Shown: piece after piece, positions 38,987 through 50,776 of the stretch
How positions within the stretch are numbered: position 1 is the stretch's first letter
Layout: each line of letters opens with the position of its first letter
NCBI GenBank assembly: GCA_050951805.1
Contig: JBMNJT010000002.1
Coordinates: 704,001 to 768,000 of the forward strand
Direction of reading: 5' to 3'
DNA from: Bacillota bacterium
GTDB taxonomy: Bacteria > Bacillota > DTU025
Length of the DNA: 64,000 nucleotides
Program-made: the position numbers and the translations under genes
Notes under the pieces: generated by a model
Told to the model about the DNA's origin: nothing
Seen by the model: only the letters and a program-made list of their open reading frames with translations
Database searches by the model: none

Positions 38987-39854
38987 GACGGTGAAGTCCC
39001 TCAGCGGCCAGGCTTTCCGAAGCCTGAAGAAGACACCATCTGTGACATCGATTATCGTGGTAATGGCATGCATGCTGGTCCTCAGCTCTTTCATGCTGGT
39101 TGCGGTCAATCTGACGCGCATAGGAAACGAGTTTCAGGCTGGCGTACAGATAAGGGCTTTTTTGTCGCCGGATATGCCGCCCGATGCTGTTGACCGGACG
39201 CACGCCGCCATACAGGCTATTCCGGGAGTAGCGTCGGTGAAATACGTGGGAAAGGACGAGGCTCTGCAGAGGCTGGGGAAACAGCTAGGCGAGAACAACT
39301 TCTTTCTTGGCGATCTTCCCCGCAACCCGCTGCCCGAATCCTTTGACATATCTCTGTTGCGCGCTGCGGACGCGGATAGGATTGCCGCTGCCGTGCTCGA
39401 ACTGGATGAAGTTTCCGATGTGAGGTATGCCCCAAAACTCGTAGATCGACTTGTGGGCGTTCTTCGAATATTCTGGGTTGTGACAGGGATAATAGCTGTC
39501 TTCGTTTTGGTCGGGGCCAGTCTGATTGTCTCCAACACGATAAAGCTGACGGTATTTGCGCGGCGCAAGGAGATAGAGATCATGAAGTTGGTTGGAGCAA
39601 CTGACGCGTTTATACTTTTCCCCTTCGTGCTTGAGGGGATAATCATAGGCCTTTTGGGCGCCGGCGCCGCTGCGGTGATTGTGGGCGCTGGGTACCAGGG
39701 TTTGGCCAAGTGGATCTCTTCTGTGGCGCCGTTCATGCCGATCGTTACTGATAGCGGCCATCTCGGTTTAGCCATCGTGATAATGCTTTGCTTTGGGGCT
39801 GCTGTCGGTCTTGTGGGAAGTAATATTTCGACGAAGCGATACCTTAAAGTTTAG
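38976..39854 (+). CDS. ftsX: Cell division permease FtsX
   Basis: NPLP, SNTIKLTVFARRKEIEIMKLVGATDAFI..PF.LEG. Confidence 0.95.
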   Translation: MKLRTVKSLSGQAFRSLKKTPSVTSIIVVMACMLVLSSFMLVAVNLTRIGNEFQAGVQIRAFLSPDMPPDAVDRTHAAIQAIPGVASVKYVGKDEALQRLGKQLGENNFFLGDLPRNPLPESFDISLLRAADADRIAAAVLELDEVSDVRYAPKLVDRLVGVLRIFWVVTGIIAVFVLVGASLIVSNTIKLTVFARRKEIEIMKLVGATDAFILFPFVLEGIIIGLLGAGAAAVIVGAGYQGLAKWISSVAPFMPIVTDSGHLGLAIVIMLCFGAAVGLVGSNISTKRYLKV

Positions 39855-39872
39855 GATACGGGGGTTCCTCCT

Positions 39873-41093
39873 ATGACGCCAGAGGCAAGAAAAGTGGGCA
39901 TCATTAAAGCTGCGAGGGCAGTCCTTTCCTTGGTTCTCATTATGACGCTTGCTTTTGGGTTCCTTACAGATGTTGCTGTTGCTAGCTCGCAACAGTCGGA
40001 TATTTCCACCAAGAGAACCGAACTCAACAGCTTGCAATCTAAGATAGAGCAGATAAGACAGACATTGTCGCGCAAGCAGAAGGAAGAGAAGGACGCACTG
40101 CGGGCCCTCCAGAAAACAGAAGAAGAGATCCTTGCGATCGAAACGAGGATTTCTCAGACCGAAAAGAAGCTCAAAGATGCGGAGCAGCAGTTGGTTCAGG
40201 TTCAGACTGAGTTGAAGGAAGCCGAGCGCCAGCTTGAGATCGCAACAGCGCAGTATGAAGCCTCGGTTCAAAGTCTCGAAGATAGGCTCGTATTCATTTA
40301 CAAGCTTGGTCCGGGAACATTGCTGGAGTTGCTTTTTGGCGCATCGAGCTTCTCTGATTTTGTGAGCAGATACGATTATCTCGGGGCAATAGCGAAGCAG
40401 GACGCGGACATATATGGCGAGATCAGGGCCGAAAAGGAATCTCTTGAGGAGCAGAAGGAAGGCATCTGTGCCCGAAAGGCCAAACTCGAGGAGACCAGGA
40501 GAGAGATAGCCCTCCTGTCGTCCGCCTTGGAGGACGAGCGAAGGTCCATCGAGCCCGTATTGGCTCAACGATCGCAATACGCCAGCAGGGTATCGGCAGA
40601 ACGTGAGAGATGGGAACGGGAGCTGGCTGAGGAAGAGCGTGCATCGAGGGAGCTGGAACGGACCATCAGGGAGATGCAGGCTAGGACGGGCGGTACAATC
40701 AGCTGGACGGGCAAGTTCGTATGGCCGGTGACGGCGAGGATTTCGTCACCGTTCGGCTGGAGAATCCATCCGATATTCAAAAACAAACGGTTCCACTCAG
40801 GCATTGACTTGGCTGCTAGCAGCGGCACGCCTGTCAAAGCGGCCGCCGACGGCAAGGTCCTTTTGGCGGGATGGGTAAATGGATACGGCAACACCGTTAT
40901 CCTTGACCACGGAAACGGCCTTTCTACGTTATATGGCCATGCCAGCGTTATCACGACAAAGGCTGGCAATGTGGTGCTGCAGGGTGATATTATATGCAAA
41001 GTGGGATCGACAGGCTATTCAACGGGGCCTCATCTACATTTCGAAGTCAGGCAAGACGGGACCCCTCAAGATCCCATGCGTTGGCTGCCCTGA
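39873..41093 (+). CDS. Coiled-coil + M23 peptidase (EnvC-like, catalytic motifs intact)
   Basis: Signal/TM, long coiled coil, HSGID, GYGN, STGPHLHFEVR. Confidence 0.9.
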   Translation: MTPEARKVGIIKAARAVLSLVLIMTLAFGFLTDVAVASSQQSDISTKRTELNSLQSKIEQIRQTLSRKQKEEKDALRALQKTEEEILAIETRISQTEKKLKDAEQQLVQVQTELKEAERQLEIATAQYEASVQSLEDRLVFIYKLGPGTLLELLFGASSFSDFVSRYDYLGAIAKQDADIYGEIRAEKESLEEQKEGICARKAKLEETRREIALLSSALEDERRSIEPVLAQRSQYASRVSAERERWERELAEEERASRELERTIREMQARTGGTISWTGKFVWPVTARISSPFGWRIHPIFKNKRFHSGIDLAASSGTPVKAAADGKVLLAGWVNGYGNTVILDHGNGLSTLYGHASVITTKAGNVVLQGDIICKVGSTGYSTGPHLHFEVRQDGTPQDPMRWLP

Positions 41094-41173
41094 AGATCGA
41101 CGCCCTCTTGGCGGTTCGATTCTCAGAGCCTTTAGCATAGGATGTATGGACTTGTGAAAGTGGGTGCCGAATC

Positions 41174-42490
41174 ATGTCTTCATATAAGAAAGCGCAGAGA
41201 TCTGCTTGGCTTGTACTTACCGTAGCAGCAGCAATACTTGTGTGCACGGTGTTGGCTCCATCAGCATTTGGCGTGCCTTCGCCACAGGATGAAGAGGCTG
41301 CGCCTAAATTCAAAGATATTCACACCGCCATTGAAGCGATGTATCTTGTCAAGGCTCAGTTCTATAAGCCAGTTTCAGTAGCTGAGCTGATGAAGGCATA
41401 CTTCGCAAAAGGAACCGTCCCCGGAATGCTGGAAGTGCTCAATGACCCCTATACCAGGTATATGACACCCCAAGACTTCCAGGCCCTCAAAGACGATTCT
41501 GCAGGGATATTCGGCGGAATCGGGATCCTTGTTGGCATAAGGGATGATAAGATCACCATAATCAGTCCTATCACGAATACGCCGGGAATGCGTGCAGGAC
41601 TGATGCCTGGGGATCACATCGTGGAAATTGATGGAGTTTCTACAGAAGGCATGGTTCTGGACCGCGCTGTATCGATGATGCGCGGCGAGCCTGGGACTGT
41701 TGTTCGCCTCCTCATTGAACGCAGATATCCGGCCGAAAAGTTCGAAGTGGAAATAGTGCGCGACATCATAGACGCGCCTGCTACCCGTGGCTATATCTTT
41801 GACCCCGATGCGGGCATAGGTTATATCGAGCTTCGAACCTTCTCGCAGAAGGCAGGACAGGATATCGAAGAGGAAGTTGAAAGGCTCATGGATGAGGGCA
41901 TGCGCGGCCTCATCCTTGACCTGCGATATAACGGCGGAGGCCTTGTAACACAAGCTGTAGAGATTGCAAGCAAGTTCATGCCGCCCGGACCGGTGATGCA
42001 TGTTAGGGGACGCGATGGTCAGAAGAAAAGCCTTTACACCGTTGGCAGACGTGTTTCCCAGATCCCGTTGGTCGTTTTGGTCAATGAGTACACGGCATCT
42101 GCCTCAGAGATCGTTTCCGGAGCATTGCAGGATACGGGCGTAGCCACCATAGTGGGAGTGCCGACGTTTGGGAAAGGGCTCGTTCAGACTCTATTCCCTC
42201 TTTCTGATGGTTCGGGGCTTGCGGTAACTACGCAGATATACCTTACGGCGGGAGGACGGGAGATCACGCCTGAAACCCCAATAATGCCGGATGTGAAAGT
42301 GGAGGCGTTGACGCCCGAAGAGCTTGAGAAAGCCATGAATGATCAGGCCCGGAATGCCGAGCGCACGGGCCCTGTTACCGCAGAAGATTTGATGCGGATA
42401 GATCCTGATTTGGATCCACAGTTCCGACGTGCTCTCGAGATCCTAAGATACCAGATTGAGAAGGATGAGCCCGTCAAGAGCGCCGCGTAG
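41174..42490 (+). CDS. S41 carboxyl-terminal processing protease (CtpA/CtpB-like)
   Basis: DPYTRY, PDZ GIGI, DLRYNGGG, ASASEI, TFGKGLVQ. Confidence 0.93.
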   Translation: MSSYKKAQRSAWLVLTVAAAILVCTVLAPSAFGVPSPQDEEAAPKFKDIHTAIEAMYLVKAQFYKPVSVAELMKAYFAKGTVPGMLEVLNDPYTRYMTPQDFQALKDDSAGIFGGIGILVGIRDDKITIISPITNTPGMRAGLMPGDHIVEIDGVSTEGMVLDRAVSMMRGEPGTVVRLLIERRYPAEKFEVEIVRDIIDAPATRGYIFDPDAGIGYIELRTFSQKAGQDIEEEVERLMDEGMRGLILDLRYNGGGLVTQAVEIASKFMPPGPVMHVRGRDGQKKSLYTVGRRVSQIPLVVLVNEYTASASEIVSGALQDTGVATIVGVPTFGKGLVQTLFPLSDGSGLAVTTQIYLTAGGREITPETPIMPDVKVEALTPEELEKAMNDQARNAERTGPVTAEDLMRIDPDLDPQFRRALEILRYQIEKDEPVKSAA

Positions 42491-42496
42491 AGCGGA

Positions 42497-43798
42497 GTGT
42501 TGCAGTTGCAGGAATTCCCATTTGGCAACGTGTTCAGAATCATACTGGAGAGCCAGATAGCGTTGTTTCGCTATCCCTCCAGTATGATATGGTTTTGGAT
42601 TGTAATGAGCATAGTATACTTCCAGTATCGGCGAATGTCGGCCTTGGAAACGCAGATATTTGGCAGACCGAGGCGGAGTGCGATAGTGCGAACCATGTGC
42701 TCCCTAGGAGAGGGCATGGTTGGGGGAATACTCGGCAGTTTTCTGATAATCCTGTTTGGCGCTTCAGCGGAGAGTTTGGGCCTTGGGGCGATTTGGTTAA
42801 TAGCATTGGCGCTGGCATCGATAGATATCAGGTTCATCTGTTTCTCGTATGCCGGCGGCATAGTGTCCCTTCTAAACCTGGCCTTTGGGTGGCCGGATGT
42901 GGATGTCACATCAATCATGGCTTTAGTCGGGGTGCTCCATCTTGTGGAATCCGCGCTCATATTGCTCAGCGGGCATCGCGACGCTGCTCCTGTCATAGTA
43001 TCAGGCCCAGATAACAAGCCTGCAGGCGGTTTCTACATGAGCAAGTATTGGCCTGTTCCCATTGCGATTTTATGGATAACTTACAGTCTCGCTACAACAG
43101 GAACCCCGGAAGGCGGAATCGCCATGCCAGATTGGTGGCCGCTTCTTAAGTCCGCTGCACCCCCATCTCCTGACATGCGCGCTGACTACTGGGTCTTGGC
43201 CATTACGGTTGCCATGGGATATGGGGATGCGACATACAGCCGTTTGCCAAGGCAGAAGACGAAAGCGACTGCTGGCATGTCGGCCCTATTCAGCTTGGCG
43301 CTTCTTGGCCTCACTCTTTTATCTGAAAGGTATCCGTGGGTCAGATGGGTAGCAGCACTGTTCTCGCCTATTGGGCACGAGTTCGTCATTGGTATGTCGC
43401 AAAAAGCCGAGCTCGAAGGAGAGCCATTGTTCACAACGCCTGCGCAAGGCATCAGAGTTCTCGATGTGGGGCCGGGGTCTCCCTGCGACCAGGCGGGCAT
43501 CAAGCCCGGGGATGTGATCGAAGCTGTGAATTGCCAGCCGGTCAACTCATTTGCCGACTTTGCTGAGGCGCTACGCAGTGTGGGGTATGCCACAATCCTT
43601 GATATTCGATCTGGCTTGCCCGGCAGTAAAGGAGAAAACAGGACTGTTCAGATCAGAGGAGTTCCGGATGGGCTAGGTCTGCTCCTCGTGCCTACGGAAG
43701 GAGACTACCCGAAGATGGACTCTGGCCGTGCAGGACTGATCGCGATCATCGTGGATCGCATAAAACGACGCAGCAGTCGACGGAGGCGCAGGAGATGA
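42497..43798 (+). CDS. PDZ-domain multi-pass membrane protein (MinJ/SwrAB-like)
   Basis: RFICFSYAGG, LHLVES, GGF....WPVP, C-terminal PDZ (SP..AGIKPGDVI); position between S41 and uvrB. Confidence 0.78.
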   Translation: MLQLQEFPFGNVFRIILESQIALFRYPSSMIWFWIVMSIVYFQYRRMSALETQIFGRPRRSAIVRTMCSLGEGMVGGILGSFLIILFGASAESLGLGAIWLIALALASIDIRFICFSYAGGIVSLLNLAFGWPDVDVTSIMALVGVLHLVESALILLSGHRDAAPVIVSGPDNKPAGGFYMSKYWPVPIAILWITYSLATTGTPEGGIAMPDWWPLLKSAAPPSPDMRADYWVLAITVAMGYGDATYSRLPRQKTKATAGMSALFSLALLGLTLLSERYPWVRWVAALFSPIGHEFVIGMSQKAELEGEPLFTTPAQGIRVLDVGPGSPCDQAGIKPGDVIEAVNCQPVNSFADFAEALRSVGYATILDIRSGLPGSKGENRTVQIRGVPDGLGLLLVPTEGDYPKMDSGRAGLIAIIVDRIKRRSSRRRRRR

Positions 43799-45459
43799 AA
43801 AGGAAGCCATACAGCTTGTGGGTGGCGGTCTTGGCATGCCTCGCCATGACGCTGACAGGATGTGGCAAAGAGGTAAAGGTGGTTCATGAAGATGGCCAGA
43901 CGATATATGACTATTCACGCAAATCGGAGAAGCTTTCATCTGAGCTAACCAAAGCGCTTCTGGAATCTGGAGTGATCGACAAAAGTGTGGCCGCAAATGG
44001 CAGGCAGGAAAAGATCATGCGGCTTTCGTCCAAAGAAGATACCTATCTTCGCTGGACAATCACCTCGTACGAAGCGGGCGCTTCATGTGCTAGCTATCAG
44101 TCTTTGTCGGCAGCTGTAAGCCGTGCGGCGCGTAAGGCCAATGCCAGAGTTATTCAGGAGATTGCCGATGGAGATTCCTCTGCAGGCGATTGCGCCATTT
44201 TCATATTGGGCTTCAGCGATCGAAGCCTGCAGGGCCTTGCCACGTATCTCGAGATAATGCAAGTTGTGGTTCCGTGGAGCCGGAGCCTGGGGCAGACTGT
44301 GGCGCCGACGCGGAACGAGCAATACTTGGAATCCATTCAAGGCCTGGACGTTTCGGAAACCTTCAGTATTGAAGAGACCGCGTCAGGTCGCGACGAAGCC
44401 TTGCTTGATCTGGAGGAAATGCCAGTTGGAGCGGGTTCAGTTCTCTCCAAGGCGCAAGAAAACGTTGTCCCCAGATACATATCGAAGGAACCGCCACTGT
44501 CATCCTCCGAGAGGAAGACTCTTAACGGGAGCAGGCCTCGGCTTGCGATAGTCATAGATGACCTTGGATCGGGAGTTGCTGCTACAGATGAGCTTTTGAG
44601 TATAGATGTGCCGCTTACTGTGGCCGTCATTCCACAGGGAAAATATGCTGCGAAGGAGGCCAAGGCCGCTTCCGAACGAGGCTTTGCAGTCCTACTACAC
44701 CAGCCTATGGAGCCATTGGACCCGTCAAAGCGCCCGGGCAAGGGCGGGATACTGATGGGTATGGATGAGAAGGAGATACGGAGCGTCATATCGTCCAATT
44801 TAGCTTTGGTGCCCAATGCTATTGGAGTCAATAACCACATGGGTTCGCGTGTCACTGAAGACCCGGAAAGTGTCAGGATTATACTCGATGAGGTTTTTGC
44901 TCATGGCTTGTTCTTTTTCGACAGCCGGACGAGCTCGAACTCGGTGGTTCCGCGGGTGGCTCGGGAGATGGGGCTTCCGCTCCTTGAAAACTCTAGGTTT
45001 TTAGATCACATAGATACCGAGGAGTATGTTATCGAATCCATAAGGATAGTAGCGAGGTTGGCAATGGAGCGAGGTTCCGCTGCCGCAATAGGCCATGTGC
45101 GTCCTGCCACAGTACGTGCAATACAGAAGATGCTTCCCGAGTTGGATGCTGCCGGGGTTGAACTAGTGACTCTCGATAAGCTGATGCCGACGCCGAGCCG
45201 AACGGCAGAACCGAAACCGAGTCTGCCCGCAGTGCCAGCCACCGTCAAGGAAGCGGCTCCCGCAGCGCCTGTCCAGTTGCCTGTTGAAGCCGACAAGGAC
45301 AAGGAGGAAGCTGGTATTGAGGCTCTTCCAGCAGTCGAACCTCAAGCCTTTTCTGAGCCTGAGCCCAGGCAGGAGCTAGAACCCGAGCCTGGGGAGTGTG
45401 GCGAGACGAATACGGGTCAGACTGTAGATGATCCCGGGGTTGACCTATCAGAGCCTTAA
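43795..45459 (+). CDS. Divergent polysaccharide deacetylase (YibQ family) lipoprotein
   Basis: Lipobox LTGC; LAIVIDDLG, LLHQPMEP, GVNNHMGS, FFDSRTS, AIGH; Pro/Glu-rich tail. Confidence 0.87.
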   Translation: MKRKPYSLWVAVLACLAMTLTGCGKEVKVVHEDGQTIYDYSRKSEKLSSELTKALLESGVIDKSVAANGRQEKIMRLSSKEDTYLRWTITSYEAGASCASYQSLSAAVSRAARKANARVIQEIADGDSSAGDCAIFILGFSDRSLQGLATYLEIMQVVVPWSRSLGQTVAPTRNEQYLESIQGLDVSETFSIEETASGRDEALLDLEEMPVGAGSVLSKAQENVVPRYISKEPPLSSSERKTLNGSRPRLAIVIDDLGSGVAATDELLSIDVPLTVAVIPQGKYAAKEAKAASERGFAVLLHQPMEPLDPSKRPGKGGILMGMDEKEIRSVISSNLALVPNAIGVNNHMGSRVTEDPESVRIILDEVFAHGLFFFDSRTSSNSVVPRVAREMGLPLLENSRFLDHIDTEEYVIESIRIVARLAMERGSAAAIGHVRPATVRAIQKMLPELDAAGVELVTLDKLMPTPSRTAEPKPSLPAVPATVKEAAPAAPVQLPVEADKDKEEAGIEALPAVEPQAFSEPEPRQELEPEPGECGETNTGQTVDDPGVDLSEP

Positions 45460-45521
45460 CCGGCCTTCGGCTGGTTGTGTCCAGATCTAAAGTCACACAA
45501 ATAAATGGACCAAGAAGGAAT

Positions 45522-45551
45522 GCGGCCCCGAGGGGCCGCTACAGTTTTGTT
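45522..45551 (+). terminator. Terminator-like hairpin
   Basis: GCGGCCC-CGAG-GGGCCGC followed by TACAGTTTTGTT. Confidence 0.5.
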
Positions 45552-45802
45552 GGGGCGGGTTTCTGCCGTTTAGGGTGTATAGGAGAACATGCCGTGATTG
45601 CGCTCAAGGTTCGCGTGCTGTAGCCGTATTGATGGCCAGGCGGTGGAGCCATAATCTCAGCTTTTGCAGGGGAACAGGGAAGAATTGCGTGGTGGCGAGC
45701 TGAAGGGCTTATTGAGGAGCATGGGAAGTGGGGGAATCCTGGCAATGTGAGCTTTAGATGCTTCCGGATGATTGTTTGGCGCATTAAACTGTTATCGCGG
45801 AT

Positions 45803-45830
45803 AGAATGTATGTTCGGGGCGTGATATAAT
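45803..45830 (+). promoter_or_regulatory. Gram-positive-type LexA (Cheo) box overlapping the uvrB promoter
   Basis: AGAATGTATGTTCG (close to GAAC-N4-GTTC) at 45803-45816; extended -10 TGATATAAT at 45822-45830. Confidence 0.72.
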
Positions 45831-45863
45831 TGAACCGTCATCCGCTGAAAGGAGTGGTCTGCA

Positions 45864-47903
45864 ATGCCCCAATTCCAGCTGAAATCGGGTTTTGCCCCTG
45901 CAGGCGATCAGCCGAGGGCTATCGCGCAGCTCGTTGCGGGAGTGAAGGCGGGCATGCGCGGGCAGGTCCTGCTTGGAGTCACGGGAAGTGGCAAGACGTT
46001 CACGATGGCCAATGTCATCCAGGAACTGGGCCGACCTACGTTGGTCATTGCTCACAACAAGACTCTTGCTGCACAATTGGCGTCGGAGTTCAGGGAGTTT
46101 TTCCCCAACAACGCTGTTCATTACTTTGTGAGCTACTACGATTATTACCAGCCTGAGGCCTATATACCTCAGTCTGACACATACATCGAGAAGGATGCTC
46201 AGATAAATGACGAGATTGATCGAATGCGCCATGCTGCTACTGCCGCTCTGGTTGAGAGGCGTGACGTAATAATCGTAGCGAGTGTTTCGTGCATCTATGG
46301 ATTGGGCATGCCCGAGGAGTACCTCAATCAGGCAGTCGTGGTAAATGCAGGCGAATGCTTGGACCGCGATAGGCTGCTCCGCAAGTTAGTGGGGATCCAG
46401 TACAACCGCAATGATATTGGCATTACCCGTGGCACTTTCCGCGTCAGGGGCGATGTTGTGGAGATCATACCTGCAAGCGGGGAAGAAGCGATACGCATAG
46501 AATTCTTCGGCGACGAGGTTGATCGCATTTCCGACATTGACCTCATTACCGGCGAGGTGCTTGGACTGAGGGAATCGGCTTTCATCTACCCTGCCACTCA
46601 CTACGTTACAAGCAAGGAGAGGCTTGATGCGGCGATTGAGGCCATCGGGGTTGAACTTGCGGAGAGGCTCAAGGAGCTCAAGCGTGATGGAAAACTTCTG
46701 GAAGCCCAGAGGTTGGAGCAGCGGACCATGTTCGACATTGAAATGCTGGAGGAAGTGGGCTATTGCTCCGGGATAGAAAACTACTCGCGCCATCTTGCCG
46801 GCAGGGAAGCGGGCAGTGCTCCTGCGACGCTGCTGGATTATTTTCCCGATGACTACCTCATGTTCATCGATGAATCGCACGTCACTGTGCCCCAAATACG
46901 GGCGATGTACAATGGCGATCGCTCGCGCAAGGAAAGCTTGGTCCAGTATGGATTCAGGCTTCCATCTGCTTTCGACAACAGGCCCCTCACGTTTAGCGAG
47001 TTCGAGGAGAGGGTGAACCAGGTCATATTCGTCTCGGCTACGCCGGCCGATTATGAAAGGACGGTAAGCAGCCAAGTGGTGGAGCAGATCATTCGTCCGA
47101 CGGGGCTTGTGGATCCGGCGGTCACGGTGAAGCCTGTGCGGGGCCAGGTCGATGATTTGATCGGTGAAATCAGGCGCACTGTGGACGCTGGATACAGGGT
47201 TCTCGTTACCACCCTTACAAAGCGGATGGCCGAGGATCTCACAGATTACCTCAGAGAGATAGGTATCAAGGTGAGATACCTCCATTCCGAGATACAGACA
47301 TTGGAACGCGTGGAGATCCTGCGAGGTCTTCGCCTGGGCGACTTCGATGTGCTGGTTGGGATCAACTTACTCAGGGAGGGGTTGGATCTTCCGGAGGTAG
47401 GCCTCGTTGCCATACTCGATGCCGACAAGGAAGGGTTTTTGAGGTCAGATACATCGCTGATACAGACTATTGGACGTGCTGCTCGCAACGTAGATGGACG
47501 TGTAATAATGTATGCTGACCAGATAACCGGGTCTATGCGCGAGGCTATCGACGAGACTGAACGGCGCCGTTCAGCGCAGATCCAATTCAACAGAGAGCAC
47601 GGGATAACTCCTGAATCTATCAAAAAAGAGGTGCGCGATCTATCCGAGATTCAGCGGGTCGCAGAAAGATCCGTTGGCAGCAGTGCAGCCTGTGGCGGGC
47701 AATCTGGGGTCAGAGGACAGGGTGGAGTTGCCGCTGAGTTCGGCTGTGCAGATGTGGAATCCATGGATGAGCGAGAGCTCGCTCGATACATTAAGGCACT
47801 TGAGGATGAGATGAAGAAGGCGGCGGGTCTTCTCGAGTTTGAACGCGCTGCCGAGTTAAGAGACACTATTCGTGATCTCAGACGGAGGTTCGTCGAGCTA
47901 TGA
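45864..47903 (+). CDS. uvrB: Excinuclease ABC subunit B
   Basis: [44 protein letters not shown]. Confidence 0.99.
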   Translation: MPQFQLKSGFAPAGDQPRAIAQLVAGVKAGMRGQVLLGVTGSGKTFTMANVIQELGRPTLVIAHNKTLAAQLASEFREFFPNNAVHYFVSYYDYYQPEAYIPQSDTYIEKDAQINDEIDRMRHAATAALVERRDVIIVASVSCIYGLGMPEEYLNQAVVVNAGECLDRDRLLRKLVGIQYNRNDIGITRGTFRVRGDVVEIIPASGEEAIRIEFFGDEVDRISDIDLITGEVLGLRESAFIYPATHYVTSKERLDAAIEAIGVELAERLKELKRDGKLLEAQRLEQRTMFDIEMLEEVGYCSGIENYSRHLAGREAGSAPATLLDYFPDDYLMFIDESHVTVPQIRAMYNGDRSRKESLVQYGFRLPSAFDNRPLTFSEFEERVNQVIFVSATPADYERTVSSQVVEQIIRPTGLVDPAVTVKPVRGQVDDLIGEIRRTVDAGYRVLVTTLTKRMAEDLTDYLREIGIKVRYLHSEIQTLERVEILRGLRLGDFDVLVGINLLREGLDLPEVGLVAILDADKEGFLRSDTSLIQTIGRAARNVDGRVIMYADQITGSMREAIDETERRRSAQIQFNREHGITPESIKKEVRDLSEIQRVAERSVGSSAACGGQSGVRGQGGVAAEFGCADVESMDERELARYIKALEDEMKKAAGLLEFERAAELRDTIRDLRRRFVEL

Positions 47904-50776
47904 GCGTAGAGAAGATAATTATCAGGGGAGCGCGGGAGCACAACTTAAAGAACATCGATCTTGACTTGCCGCGAGATCGTCTTGTGGTCGTTACGGGGTT
48001 GTCAGGCTCTGGCAAGTCATCGTTGGCTTTTGACACCATATATGCCGAAGGGCAACGGCGGTATGTGGAGTCTCTGTCCGCTTACGCCAGACAGTTCTTA
48101 GGACAGATGAACAAGCCCGCCCTAGACTACATCGAAGGGCTTTCGCCCGCTATCTCCATTGATCAGAAGGCGCAGGGCCGAAACCCGCGTTCGACGGTGG
48201 CAACTGTTACAGAGATTTACGATTACATGAGGCTTCTTTACGCTAGGATAGGGATTCCCCATTGCCCCAATTGCGGCAGGGAAATAGCGCAACAGACTGT
48301 CCAGCAGATTGTCGACAGGATCATGGCTATGCCGGAGGGCTCGCGGATACAGGTGCTTGGCCCTGTTATCAGGGGCAAAAAAGGCGAGCACCGGAAGGCC
48401 CTTGACGACCTCAAGCGAGACGGGTACATTCGTGTGCGTGTGGACGGCGAGGTGAGGGAGCTTTCCGAGGAGATCTCTCTTGAACGATACAAGATGCATA
48501 GCATCGAAGCTGTTGTGGACAGGCTGGCGGTAAGGCCAGGGATTGAGACTAGGCTTGCGGATTCGCTCGAGACCGCGCTCAAGCTTGGAGACGGGGTCGT
48601 CATCATCGATGTTGTGGGCGGAAAAGAGCTGGTCTTCTCTGAGAAGTTGGCGTGCCCTGATTGCGGGATAGGCTTTGGTGAACTGGAGCCGAGGCTCTTC
48701 TCATTCAATAGCCCATACGGCGCATGTCCTGTCTGTTCCGGGTTAGGAGTGAAGATAGATTTCGATCCCAAACTCATCTTCGACATGGAACACTCGATTG
48801 AAGACGGCGCTATTCTTCCGTACAACGGAAACGGCGTAATAGCCGATTACTACATGGGTAGGGTTAACCAGGTGGCTACCGAGAAGGGGATCGATACGTC
48901 GGTTCCCATGTCGGAGCTTCCAGAGAGCGCCATGGAGATGATCATGTATGGGTGCGGAAGCGAGAAATTTAGGTTTCGCTATGTCAACTCACGAGGGCGC
49001 ACTAAATACTGGGAATCGAGGTTTGAAGGGGTCATACCCAACCTTCAGAGGCGCTACAAGGAGACGACGTCTGACTACATAAGGGAAAATTTGGAGCGGT
49101 TCATGAGCGCGAGCCCATGTACAAAGTGCAATGGTGCCAGGCTCAAACCGGAGGCGCTCGCAGTGACTGTAGGAGGAAAATCCATTGCCGAGGTCACGTC
49201 GATGTCCACTGTGAAGGCGCTCGAGTTCTTTGAGGAACTCGGAAGAGGGCTTACAGAGAGGGAGTCGCTGATTGCAAGGCAGATTCTCAAGGAGATCGGT
49301 GCAAGGCTCGGGTTTCTTACCAATGTAGGCCTCGACTATCTTACCCTCCACCGCGAGGCTGGGACTTTGTCTGGCGGTGAGTCCCAGCGGATCAGGCTGG
49401 CTACCCAGATCGGCTCGAGCTTGGTCGGGGTTCTCTATATCCTGGACGAGCCGTCTATCGGGCTTCACCAGCGCGACAATGCTCGTCTTATCGATACCTT
49501 GAAAGACCTACGTGACCTGGGCAATACCGTCATAGTTGTTGAACACGATGAGGAGATGATACGGTCAGCCGACTATATCGTCGACATGGGGCCCGGGGCC
49601 GGCGCACACGGGGGCCAAGTGGTGGCCGCGGGCACGGTTGAAGAGATAGAGGCTAATCCCGCATCAATAACAGGCCAGTATCTGTCGGGCGTAAGGCGTA
49701 TTGAAGTTCCGGCAGCCAGACGATTGCCTAACGGAAACGCGCTTGTCATTAAGGGCGCTCGCGAACATAATCTGAAGAATATTGATGTCACTATACCCAT
49801 GGGGGTTTTCGTATGCGTTACGGGAGTCTCGGGTTCGGGCAAGAGCACACTGATCAACGAGATACTCTATGCGCGTTTGGCACATGACCTTCATCGCGCA
49901 ATGACCAGACCGGGCGCGCATGATGAGATTCTCGGCATCGAGCATCTCGACAAGGTCATAGGCATCGATCAGTCTCCCATCGGTCGGACGCCCCGATCGA
50001 ACCCGGCAACCTATACCGGAGTTTTTACGCATATCAGGGAGGTCTTTGCCAAGACGCCTGAGGCTAGGGCTAGGGGATACAAACCCGGTCGTTTCAGCTT
50101 CAACGTCAAGGGCGGAAGGTGTGAAGCGTGTCGTGGAGATGGGATCATCAAGATAGAAATGCATTTTTTGCCCGATGTCTACGTGCCATGCGAGGTCTGC
50201 CACGGAGCACGCTACAATCGGGAGACTCTGGAGGTAAAATACAAGTCAAAAAGCATATCTGACGTGCTCGAAATGACTGTTGAGGAGGCTTTGGAGTTCT
50301 TTGCGAACATTCCTGCGATAAAGAGAAAGTTGCAAACCATCTACGATGTAGGCCTTGGCTACATCAAGCTAGGCCAACCGGCAACCACGCTTTCGGGGGG
50401 CGAGGCTCAGCGGGTTAAACTCGCCACAGAACTGTCGAGGCGCACCAATGGAAGGACCCTCTACGTGCTTGACGAGCCCACGACGGGCTTGCACTTTGCC
50501 GATGTGCAGAAGCTCCTCGATGTTCTGCAGCGTCTCGTGGATGGAGGCGATACTGTCGTAGTGATTGAACACAATATCGATGTGATAAAAACTGCAGACT
50601 ACATCATAGATCTGGGGCCCGAAGGCGGCGACAAGGGCGGACGGGTGATCGCCGCCGGTACGCCCGAGGAGGTGGCGGCGACCCCGGGGTCGTACACGGG
50701 GGAGTATTTGGTGAAGATAGCGGGAGTAATGCCTGCCCAACGCGAGCTGGAGGCGATGACAGGTGGCACTAGATGA
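47900..50776 (+). CDS. uvrA: Excinuclease ABC subunit A
   Basis: [10 protein letters not shown] twice, [14 protein letters not shown], zinc fingers, two ABC cassettes. Confidence 0.99.
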   Translation: MSVEKIIIRGAREHNLKNIDLDLPRDRLVVVTGLSGSGKSSLAFDTIYAEGQRRYVESLSAYARQFLGQMNKPALDYIEGLSPAISIDQKAQGRNPRSTVATVTEIYDYMRLLYARIGIPHCPNCGREIAQQTVQQIVDRIMAMPEGSRIQVLGPVIRGKKGEHRKALDDLKRDGYIRVRVDGEVRELSEEISLERYKMHSIEAVVDRLAVRPGIETRLADSLETALKLGDGVVIIDVVGGKELVFSEKLACPDCGIGFGELEPRLFSFNSPYGACPVCSGLGVKIDFDPKLIFDMEHSIEDGAILPYNGNGVIADYYMGRVNQVATEKGIDTSVPMSELPESAMEMIMYGCGSEKFRFRYVNSRGRTKYWESRFEGVIPNLQRRYKETTSDYIRENLERFMSASPCTKCNGARLKPEALAVTVGGKSIAEVTSMSTVKALEFFEELGRGLTERESLIARQILKEIGARLGFLTNVGLDYLTLHREAGTLSGGESQRIRLATQIGSSLVGVLYILDEPSIGLHQRDNARLIDTLKDLRDLGNTVIVVEHDEEMIRSADYIVDMGPGAGAHGGQVVAAGTVEEIEANPASITGQYLSGVRRIEVPAARRLPNGNALVIKGAREHNLKNIDVTIPMGVFVCVTGVSGSGKSTLINEILYARLAHDLHRAMTRPGAHDEILGIEHLDKVIGIDQSPIGRTPRSNPATYTGVFTHIREVFAKTPEARARGYKPGRFSFNVKGGRCEACRGDGIIKIEMHFLPDVYVPCEVCHGARYNRETLEVKYKSKSISDVLEMTVEEALEFFANIPAIKRKLQTIYDVGLGYIKLGQPATTLSGGEAQRVKLATELSRRTNGRTLYVLDEPTTGLHFADVQKLLDVLQRLVDGGDTVVVIEHNIDVIKTADYIIDLGPEGGDKGGRVIAAGTPEEVAATPGSYTGEYLVKIAGVMPAQRELEAMTGGTR

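Noticed and set aside
45539-45841. Minus-strand 100-aa ORF in the gap before uvrB
   Set aside because: Overlaps the uvrB promoter and LexA box, no SD, atypical composition.
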